From contig OZ024757.1 in NCBI GenBank assembly GCA_964016885.1, positions 28,396,001 to 28,460,000 on the forward strand: a DNA stretch of 64,000 bases. Direction: 5' to 3'. This document shows positions 53,827-64,000 of this stretch, piece by piece. A model generated the notes under the pieces. The model was not told the DNA's origin and made no database searches. It worked only from the letters and a program-made list of their open reading frames with translations. A program made the position numbers and the translations under genes. This stretch comes from Eledone cirrhosa. Taxonomy: Eukaryota. The first letter of the stretch is position 1, and each line of letters begins with the position of its first letter.

Positions 53827-54420
53827 TAATAATAATAATAATAATAATGAAATTATTGTGTACAGTGCTCAGGTGCACTACAACTCATCAAAGGTGCATG
53901 TATAGTACATAGAATAATGTACAAATGTCAGGAAAATAAACAGTGTATGAGTCATGATATAATAACAATAACGAAATATTGTGCACAGTGCCCAGGTGCA
54001 TCACAACTCATCAAAAAAGTGCATGTACAGTACATAGGGCAATGCACAAACATCAGTAAAATGAACAGTGCACGAGTCATGATACACACATGTGTGCATG
54101 TGTATGGAAGGGGTACATCAGGTGTAGTTTTGGCGTATTTTGGGAAGCATGAGTGTCTTAAAGGATGCAGTGTCTCGGCAGCTAACAATTGACGCAGGCA
54201 GTTTGTTCCATGCTTCAGCAACTCTGAGCGTGAAAAAATGTCTGCGAAAGTCATGGGAGCTGTGCTGTTTTCTTATCTTGTAGGCATGTCCACATGTGTT
54301 AGACACATGGAGATCAAAGACGCGCTCAGGGTTGCATTTGGCGAGATGGTTAAAAACTTTGTGGGTATTCACCAAGTCCATTGCCAGACGTCGGAGCTTC
54401 AATGAATCCATGCCCAGGGA
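53827..54420 (-). mobile_element. CR1-clade LINE 3' fragment with (ATT)n tail
   Basis: SLKLRRLAMDL...TCGHAYKI...FRRHFFTLRVAEAWNKLP is the characteristic CR1 ORF2 C-terminus. The 3' UTR has an internal duplication (53855-53955 vs 53975-54085). The (TAA)n tract at 53827 is the tail. Confidence 0.85.
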
Positions 54421-54655
54421 TGGGTAAAGATGTTGGGTAAAGAAGTGCCAGACTATCCAATTGAGAAATGTAAAGCTATATATCTATATATCAAATTGAG
54501 AAATGTAAAGCTATATAGCTATATATCACCCTTTCCACACACACCCCCCCTCACTTTTTCCCAATATCACACATCAATCTTAAATTATTTTTCATATGTT
54601 GATTTAAAACTTCACTATTCACAAGTGTTTTTTAACCTTCATATCATGTATCCCT

Positions 54656-54721
54656 ATTTTATCTGATGAAAACGCAGATATCATCTCATGATATTTGTTT
54701 TTGAAATGCGCATAATAAAAT
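54656..54721 (+). ncRNA. Type I hammerhead ribozyme motif, apparently intact (palindromic stem III, dimer-type)
   Basis: ATTTTAT-CTGATGA-[AAACGCAGATATCA tctca TGATATTTGTTTTT]-GAAA-TGCGCA-TA-ATAAAAT. Stem I is a perfect 7 bp, stem II has 14-nt arms with 1 mismatch, stem III is the self-complementary ATGCGCAT, and the cleavage triplet is AUA. Confidence 0.8.
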
Positions 54722-55124
54722 TCTTGGAACTCTTTTAACCATCTTTTGATCTTATACAATTATATATATATATATATATAGTGGTAAAAAAAAACCGGAA
54801 GATTATATCCGTAGTAAGTAGAGCACTTAGTCCAGAAGATAAGTTCGGTATAGAGTTTTGCTATAGGTTTGCTAACTTGTTGTGGAACTATCTATATATA
54901 TAACTTTTATTTTCTGTATCTATCTCTTGTGATCCTGTCTCTATTTTTGTACTCCTGAAGAAAGGCTAATCCTAACACATCAAACTTTTTCCCCTTCTTC
55001 GTTATAAAGCGTGAGACTAATAAGACTTTTTGTACCTATATTATATGATGTTAACAGATGCAAGAATGAGTCCTCAATATCAAAGTAGTATTTAATAATA
55101 TTTTTTATTATAGTTAAGTGATGA

Positions 55125-55213
55125 GTCTTCTTACTCTGGAGTTTCACCTGTGTACTCAAAAGATCATCAGACAAGTCTTGTCTGATGATCCTGTGAGTAC
55201 ACAGGTGAAACTC
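55125..55213. ncRNA. Head-to-head pair of hammerhead motifs forming a 75-bp palindrome (centre 55176)
   Basis: Right arm (+): GTCTTGT-CTGATGA-T CCTGTG agta CACAGG T-GAAA-CTC. Left arm (-): CTGATGA-T CTTTTG agta CACAGG T-GAAA-CTC ca GAG-TA-AGAAGAC. Arms 55139-55175 and 55177-55213 are inverted copies. Confidence 0.72.
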
Positions 55214-56772
55214 AAGTACTACAAAACCCATCAATTAGCCCTCCAAATGAATATTATCTATATGTGTGTATGTGTGTGTGTGTCTGCAAATTCATCTATG
55301 TATGTGTGTGTGCACATATTGGTCTATATGTGACTGTGAGTGTGTGCATGAGTTCTCTGTGTGTTTGAAACCTACACCAGAAATTCCTGGAACTGGTTTC
55401 GTCCCCCTCCCCTAAACCTAAACTTTTTTTTATCTCACCTGCCACATCCTTCTCTCAACAACAACTAATACCATCACCACCACCACTTTATCCAGGTATG
55501 ACTTATTCCTCTCTCACTTGTCTCACTCCCTCTCTGTCTCTCAACTGCTATTACTATCACACCACCACCACCACCACCACTACTACTTTATCCAGGTATG
55601 TCTTATTCCTCTCTCAATTGTCTCACTTCTTCACCACTCTCTCTCTCCCTCTCCCCCCTCTCTCTCTCTCTCGCCCTCAACTGCTATTACTATCACCATC
55701 ACCACCACCACCATCACTTTAGATATATCTCCTTCCTCCCCCTCTCTCCTGCCACTCATTCAATCACCACCAGCCACAACCCCCCCCCCCCCCCCCATTA
55801 CAGTCACTTTATCTCCCTGTGTCTGTGCCTTCAGTCATGCTCAGCTGGCTGCTGGTTGGTGACCATGAGGGAGAGAGAAACAGATGAAAGGGTGTGTGTG
55901 AGAGAGAGAGAGTCTGTGTGAGTGTGTGTGACATACAACCTTACATAGAAGACCACATAAGGCCAACCAGCTATCCTGTCTTCCAAAGAACCAACACCAC
56001 CCACATAGCAGCCCTATTACCCAGCCACAGCATCACTGCAAAAACCCTATCACCACCATCTCCATCACTGCAACCCCACCACCACCACCACCACTACTAC
56101 TCTACCAAACACCACCACTGCAACTCCGCCAAACACCACCATCTCTATCACTGTAGCCCCCACAACAGCACCGGCACCACCATCACCAACAACACCACCA
56201 CTGCAACGCTACCAAACACCACCACCGCTCTCACTGTAGCCACACAACAGCACCACCAACACTACCACCTTCACAATCACTGTAGCCCCACAACAGCACC
56301 AGCACCACCATCACCACCAACACCACCACCCTCACAGTCACTGTACAACTGGAGCAGTGGTAGTGGCAGTGATGGAGGCAGAGGCAATGGTAGCCAAACT
56401 TCATGTAGAGTGAACAGGATAAAAACAGTAGCCATAGCCTCTTTAATGTTCTTTCCATTGCTGTCACTGATAGAGACTCTGACAGATTTATAGCTAAACA
56501 ACAAACCAAACTAGTAGACTTCCTTTCTGCTTCATTTACTCCTCCATTACTATCAGGGCATTTAGCCTGCCATTAGCATCAGGGACAGTTGTCTTCTTAT
56601 TTCACTTTTATTTTGTTTTATTTGCTCTTCTTATGAGCTTTTATTGTTGTTGTTGTTGTTATTATTATGGTTATTATTATGAAAAAAAAAGACACATCCA
56701 TTGTTGTCTTCCTGTGTTTATTGGTCTGTGCAACATCATACATGTTCCTCGGCTTTTATTTCTTCTTTGCCT

Positions 56773-56804
<32 letters not shown>

Positions 56805-57880
56805 TTCTTCTTCTTCTTGCTATATTTAAAAGGTCATCCACTGAAGTGTCCAACACTTACATCACTGTACATCACTTTACCTGTCTCCGTTAGGTAGTAT
56901 TCCACCACAAACCACCTGACCATTGTGTCACTGTGTCATTGCTGGAGTGCCTGTGTAGTGATGCTGTGCCCCACTGCTACCAACTCCACTATCACACACT
57001 ACTTGACCATCATGCTATGGTCTCATTGCTGGAGTAGATGTAGATGGGGCTATACTGTGCTGTGCCCCACCACCATCACAAAGCACTTGACCATTGTGCT
57101 GCTATGTCATTGTTGGGGTGATAAGGGGTATACTCTGCTGCACTCCACTGCTACCACCACCACCTCCACTAAATAAACACTTGACTATTGTGCCACCGTG
57201 TCATTACTGGAGTTGTGCGGGTGGGGTGCTATACTTTCCTGTGTGCCCCACCACCACTACCACCAGAAAGCACCTGACCAGAATGGAGGTGCATGCTTTT
57301 TTGCCTTTTTGTGTCACGGTCAAGTTCACTTAGTTGCAAAATCCATCTGTTGTCAACACCCCACACTGTGGGGTGGCCTCCGCATGCTGCATGCTATTGG
57401 TAATGCTGTACAGTCCCACACTATAGCTAACACACCTGCAGAATCACCTCCACAACCTCACCTGCTTCAGTGATATATGACCATCGTCTGACCATTGGGC
57501 TGTACTGCACCATGCTGTACCTTGCAATGCCACCCGACACCCCAACTCATTACCAGAATGTATTTACCTGTTGTCTTACCTTATTGTAGAAGAGACAAGT
57601 TTTGTTTGTCAGAAAATCTATCTGCTACCAACACCCTGTGGAGCCGTGTGACCTCGTGGTTGGGTATTGGACTTAGGATCATAATGACATGGGTTTCATT
57701 CCTGAACCAGGTGGCTCATTGTGTTCTTAAGCAAAACACTTTGTTTCATATTACTTCAGGTCAATCAGCTGAAAATGGGTGCCAGTAGTAGCTGGGAGTT
57801 AACCCTGTAAGGGACTGGCATTCTGTCCTGGGTGAAAGGAGTTTAAGTTAAAGTTACTTATATCGATAAATAGATAGATA

Positions 57881-58641
57881 TATTTCTTTATTAGCCACAG
57901 GGGCACAAAAGAAGGGGACAAATACAAAGGGGGAAGTTTACATACAATAAAAACGTGAAAAATACTATCACAAATGCAATTAAAAAATTAATCGATTTTC
58001 CCCAATAGGGGGAGACATTACATATGGGTAACACATACCCCCGAAAAAATGTGCAACCCTCATCTCCAGGAGTACGAAGAGTTTGTACCCCTTTCCTCTC
58101 TTCCTCTTTTTCCTCAACCTACAGGCTGATATAGAGAGAAGGCCCATTCACTCGGGCCATTCTCGCCACTTTCACCCACCTTTCATAAAACTTGCTGGGG
58201 TACAGCACCTCTCTCTCCATCCTGACTCTTCTTCCATAGTGGTATTTGAAAAAAAGAATCAGTTGTTGGCCGGAGAGAAAGGTGTCTGACCTCAGCCCTT
58301 TTAACCTCGTCCACCATACAACCTCTTTCGCCATAGCTATCACACAAAGGAAAACCACCTCTCCTTCGTTTTTGAAGGACTCGGTGGTCAACCGGATTGG
58401 TCCCACCCGCGACAATAGTCGTTTTACATAGCCCCACAGGTCGGTAATGCCCGGGCAGTGTATGAATGTGTGCACGACAGTTTCTTCATCTTGCACGCAT
58501 CTCGGACAGATCTTTTTTGAAGGGTCTCTGCCCGGGCACCCGTGTCTGTAGAGCTTGTCTCGAACTGCTAGAGCTCCTTGGTAGCACTGCCAGGCCAGGG
58601 ACTTTTGGAAGTTGTCCATCGGTCCCGGGAGGACGGTCGAC
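57881..58641 (-). mobile_element. Tx1/L1-clade LINE 3' fragment with 13-bp target site duplication
   Basis: WQCYQGALAVRDKL...CPRC-x7-H-x4-C (zf-RVT type) in ORF 58119-58643. The 3' end reads ...ggctAATAAAgaaat. TSD aaatagatagata at 57868-57880 and 58642-58654. Confidence 0.85.
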
Positions 58642-59240
58642 AAATAGATAGATAAACAGGCAGACAGACAGACAGACGGGTGGATAGACAGATACAGATA
58701 GATAGATGGATAAATAGATAGAAAGAGTAATAGATAAATAAAAGATTGACAGATAGATGGGTAGACAGATAGGTAGGTAGATAGATAGATAATAGATGTG
58801 TGGATATAATAGAGATAAGAAAGAAGGTTCTAGATGGGAGAGAGAAAAGCTATTACAATAAGCACAAGAGAGGGAGAGAGGGAAATACTAATAGTGAGGT
58901 AGGAAAACAGCTGAGAGAGACACATTCGTAGAGAGCAAGTGACTCTGTGCTGAAGACAGAGACAGAAAGGGGAGCATCTGAAAGTGATGAAGGTTTTGTT
59001 GGAAAAGAGGGTGGAGGAAGTGAGTCTTTGAAGAAGACAGAAAGGGAGAGAAAGGTAGACATACATTCATATATAGAAAGACAGGCACATATATATAGAG
59101 AGAGAGAGGAAGAGACAGGGATGTAATGGACTTGTGTACATATAGTTACATACACACACATACATAAATACATATATATATATATTTATATACACACACA
59201 TTCATACATACACACACACATATATATATATATATATATG

Positions 59241-59284
<44 letters not shown>

Positions 59285-59766
59285 TTTTTATATATATATA
59301 TAGAGAGAGAGAGAGATATATAGTAGCCATAGCGGTGAGATTAGGAATTATAATTACAGAGTATCAATGGCTTGGTTTCTAGAAGTCTGCTGCACAATAG
59401 GTGGGTCCTTTTTGAAGATTAGAGGGGTTTCAGAGAAAATCAAGTAGTTAGGGACCCCCAAAGTATCGGATATCTTGTAATTAGGGTATTGTCCATTCAT
59501 GTCCCCATCTCACTCTCTCTCTCTCTCTCTCTCTCAGTGTTGCCCTCTCTAGTTCTCACACACACTTTCTCTCTTGCTACCTTTTGTCTTTCAGCTTCCT
59601 ACCCACCTGCCTACCTGACCGGCAGTCTAGCTAACTGCCCTGCGTTGTTGTTCATCTCTCGCTCTCTTTCTCTCTCTATTCTTATATATACTGTCTATGT
59701 GTGTATGTATATGTATATATAATCATCATCATCATCAATTAACAGCTGTTTTTCCATGCTGGCATG

Positions 59767-59810
<44 letters not shown>

Positions 59811-60239
59811 TATAACATCATTTTGTATCTGTTTTTCTATGATGATGGCCAGGTTTGACACAGGCCAAGTCAGTGCTTTATCAGAGCTACTGTCCTCGTA
59901 TACAGGTCAGGGAACAATATTTCACTTAATACATTCCAATATTTGGTATGGTTTCTGGAGCTGGATGCCCTTCATAATCCCAACTACTTCTTGATTAACT
60001 TACCTACATTCCTACTTACCTCTCTTTTTCTCTATCTCTCTCCACATACTGTACTTAAACAGAGCCATCTATGCATCGAGTGCTCAAGTTGGTGAACCAA
60101 TAGTCACATAAAGTTACAATCCATTAAACTATATATGTATATAATATATATGTGTGAGTGTCAGGTTCAATCGGGGGTAACCACACTGAGTAAGGTACTC
60201 AATACATAGTAGAGTATATACAATATTTAATATAGAAAT

Positions 60240-60289
60240 GGCTTCTACAGGACTAGAACTGTTTCATTCGAAGGAAATCGTCAGGAAAG

Positions 60290-60291
<2 letters not shown>
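60240..60291 (-). ncRNA. Type I hammerhead ribozyme motif within ~140-bp Penelope-like terminal repeat (60151-60291)
   Basis: Minus strand: GGCTTTC-CTGACGA-T TTC cttc GAA T-GAAA-CAG ttctagtc CTG-TA-GAAGCC. Stem I is 6 bp with one bulge, stem III is ACAG/CTGT, and the triplet is GUA. Near-identical to the copy at 17464-17513. Confidence 0.72.
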
Positions 60292-60345
<54 letters not shown>

Positions 60346-60347
60346 AG

Positions 60348-60962
60348 CAGTGGTTCCCAAACTTTTTTTATTGCGGAACCCTCCTGCACATGAATTAAAT
60401 TAGTAGTTGCGGAAGGTTGTGCTGCATGTTCAGCAATTTCTGTATCTTCTATAGAAGATTTTGTTTCTGTATTTCTTGTAATTTCAGTTCCTTTACGAAT
60501 TTCTTGTTTTTTTAACCATCGATCCATTGAAGGGCTTTGAAAATAAAAATTTTAATACAACTCAAAAATAAACTTGTTGACAAGGAGCAAACGTTTATTG
60601 ATACAGGGTACAGCACATGTTCACCGTGTGAGACTTGGTACCTATGTTACGTTTAAGAGAGAACTTAAATATTCAAATGAGAGATTCAAATACGTAAGTT
60701 TATTGTAAAAAGTTATAAATCTGATTATAACTCTGAGTATTACACGGTGCTCACAGTACACCCTTAATAATCGAATACTAAAACCCAACTGAATGATTTG
60801 GCTGAGAGTTCCGCAGTGTAACACTCTTTGCATGTTTATATGGGGAGTATATACCGATTATACACGTTACAACTTGTTAGTCTTTATTTTTATAGTAAAC
60901 TTCAACTTGCGCCTTACGGAACCCCTGGCCTTGCTTCACGGAACCCACTTTGGGAACCACTG
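60348..60962 (-). mobile_element. Non-autonomous hAT (Charlie/Buster-like) element
   Basis: Perfect 14-bp TIR CAGTGGTTCCCAAA. 8-bp TSD CTGTAGAG (60340-60347, 60963-60970). Minus-strand MDRWLKK start typical of Buster/Charlie transposase N-termini. Confidence 0.9.
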
Positions 60963-61475
60963 CTGTAGAGTATAAAGAATTTTTGAAGTTTTGAATTTTT
61001 GAAGTTTTATATGCCATTGGAATAAGGAATTTCTGACATTTCCAACAAAAGTGCTTCTTTTGGAAGCAAGAAAATTTGCTTTGTGCCATTACTAGTCGAG
61101 TACAAAGGAAAACCTATTCTCACTCCCCTAACAAAGACCTTGTCTGAAACATCAAATATTTTTCTGCTAATGACACACAAACTGAAGAAACTTTACACTT
61201 TACCATTAAATACAGTTTGTGCTGATGCAGGTATCTGCTAGGCTTCCTGCTATCTAGTAGGTTTAGGTGTGTGTATATATATATATGTGTGTGTGAATAC
61301 ACACACAATTATATATATATGGGGTCTAACTAATTTTATTTGGGTGTCCCCACCAAAATATATACACACTTCAACAGCATTCTAATAAATATTGCCTGTA
61401 CAGGTAATCAAAGTGTGTATACATTTTGGAGGGACACCCTGTGTATATATATATATATGTATATATGTATATGTG

Positions 61476-61536
<61 letters not shown>

Positions 61537-61825
61537 GGTGTCCCCAAAACATGTGTACATATATATTAAACAGTGATGATGATGATGATGATGATGTAAC
61601 TCATATTTTCCTTATATATTTTCTCTGCCTGCCTGGATATCAATAGACCTTACCCCCACCTATGCTCACACCACACAGCGGCCACGTTTATCAACAATAG
61701 CAGCCATTACCAATAGCAGCCATTACCACATCTGAAACCCTTGTGATACTCCTCCACACTAGCCTATATATACATATATTCTATATATATATGTATGTAT
61801 ATATGTATGTGTGTATATAAATATA

Positions 61826-61857
<32 letters not shown>

Positions 61858-62649
61858 ATATAGTTAAAGAAATACCCCCTTGCCACTATCATTAATAGCA
61901 CCCACATATAAGGAAGTAGAAGATGTTACCTGCCTCCATCCTTTTGTTGTCTTGGACAGTGTGTTATTGTTGTCATGTTGTCTGCATAATAATCAACATC
62001 ATCATTATCATTATCATCATTATTATCACTGACATCACCTCTAACATCACTATCATCATCATCATCATAATCATTGCCATCATCACCATTATCATCATCA
62101 ACAACACCACTGCCATCACTCCTACCATCATCAATATTACCACCAACATCACTATCATCATCACTATCATCACATCGACATGATCTCTACCATCACCTTC
62201 ATCATTATCATCACCATCCCCATCATCATGATCGCAATCATTAACAACTACACTACCATCACTGCGAACATCATCATCATCATCAAACACATGTCTCTAT
62301 TTTTTTTTGTTTGACTGTTTTTTTTTCCATGCTATGATGGGTTTGATATGTCTGCTGTTCAACATATTGCCAGTGTTGCCAATAATATCATTGTTTTGTC
62401 ATCTCTTCTGTGAAGTCCCTCATCCTGGAATCTGATCTGATCTGATCTATGGTGAGGCCCCACATTCCCCAATCTATGGGTCTGTCCTGTTGACAGCACA
62501 TGTCATTGTTTCAGCCAACCCTCATTGTCCATAAAAATCATGCGACCCCCCACACACACACCGCCACCACTCTGCCCTGTCCCCATGCTACCAGCACTCT
62601 AGTCTCTCTTACATGTATCAGCAGCTTAATGACCTTTTATAATAAAATA

Positions 62650-62830
62650 ATGATTTCATTCATTGGCCACAAGGGCCGATATATAGGGGACAATACAAAG
62701 ACGGACAGTGGGGGTTTACAATAAAATTGAGTGAAAATACACAATAAAAAAACCAGTTTAACAATGAAAAAATATAAAAATATAAAATATATATAAACCT
62801 ATAAAATAATAAACAGGAAAAGTAAGTGGG
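62650..62830 (-). mobile_element. Tx1/L1-like 3' UTR fragment
   Basis: atttcattcattggccacaagggc...ggggacaatacaaag resembles 57882-57930. Confidence 0.5.
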
Positions 62831-63414
62831 GAGAAAAAAATTTAAATAATGAAAAAATAGTTAGGAAGAAGAAAGAGTGTAGTAAACTCTACATCTTTTT
62901 GATGGGTGGTAGTATCTCAGCTGCACCCTGTGATGAAAGTATTGCCAGAGAAAACAGCCAGCATCACCCACTACTTCAGCCATTGTACCTCACAGAAATT
63001 TTCCTGATTTTGCAGAAGAAAACAGAAGTCCAGAGACAGCAGTGGAGATGTCAGTGTTGGTGCTGAAGTGTGAGTGTTTGAGGTGACTGTGTGTGTTACA
63101 GCATGTGGTGTGTCCCATATTAGTGATTTACCCCCACCATAAACAGGGGAAGGGGGGGGGGGGGGGTTATCCCATCTGGTTGAGGGCTTACTGTCATTCT
63201 GGTTGAGGGCCAGCAGGCTCAAGTTTTATACTAGCAGCAGAATTATCTCAGCTCACTTGTGTTTGTGTTGAGTTTCTCATGCAGGCTGGTTGTAAGAGTT
63301 TAAATACTACCACTACCACCTACTACTACCACCACCACCTACTACTACTACTACTACCAATACCACCTATTACTACTACTACCACCTACTATCACCACCT
63401 ACTACGACTACCAC

Positions 63415-63475
<61 letters not shown>

Positions 63476-64000
63476 CAATACCACCTATTACTACTACTAC
63501 CACCTACTATCACCACCTACTACTACTACTACTACTACTGTGCTGCCAACTGTAACATCCAGAATATAATGTTTGCCAAAAAAAGAAAAACAGTTATTAA
63601 AACAACTGAAAAACAAAAACATAAAAGGAGGGGAGGGGGAGTTAGAGAAAGGAAGAGAGAAAGAGAAAGAGAGAAACATGAAGAGATAGCAAGAGAGAGA
63701 AAGAAGGAAGGAAATAGAGGGGGAAAGAGGAAAGGAGACTAATTCTAATGTGTCTGATGTTGCGTATACTTGTTATCCCATTGTAAGATATATATCTGGC
63801 ATGCATTAGTGAACTGGTGATATCACCAACTATCATCATTATATCCTCTTTCTACTTCCTATCTATCCTCATCCCAAATAGATAGATACCACATCACCTT
63901 TTCTCTCGCATGCTGATCAAAATAGAAACTATTAATTGATGCTACGAACAAGCTAATGAAGACGATAGATCCTCCATTGGTTTCCATGATGAGCATTCAG

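Overview
AT-rich, microsatellite-saturated metazoan genomic DNA. The repeat repertoire fits an octopod cephalopod, but this is inferred and not proven. The only confidently supported host coding sequence is one 188-bp internal exon (38000-38187, +) encoding the bHLH domain of an aryl hydrocarbon receptor/spineless orthologue, so most or all of the window is probably AhR intron. The rest is transposon debris: RTE LINEs (one 5'-truncated copy with an open RT ORF carrying a PHD finger, plus about 20 ultra-short 3' tails), CR1 and Tx1/L1 fragments, two tRNA-derived SINE families, a DD37D (maT) element, a rearranged mariner, and hAT, piggyBac-like, Tc1-like and pogo-like MITEs, several of them nested. 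Nearly all supplied ORFs are artefacts of simple repeats. The most interesting unexplained signal is about 11 dispersed type I hammerhead ribozyme motifs (CTGANGA...GAAA...TH with readable stems I-III) from at least five sequence families. They sit in short Penelope-like or retrozyme-like terminal repeats; several look structurally intact, two sites are head-to-head palindromes, and three families share a non-canonical U-U pair at the base of stem II.
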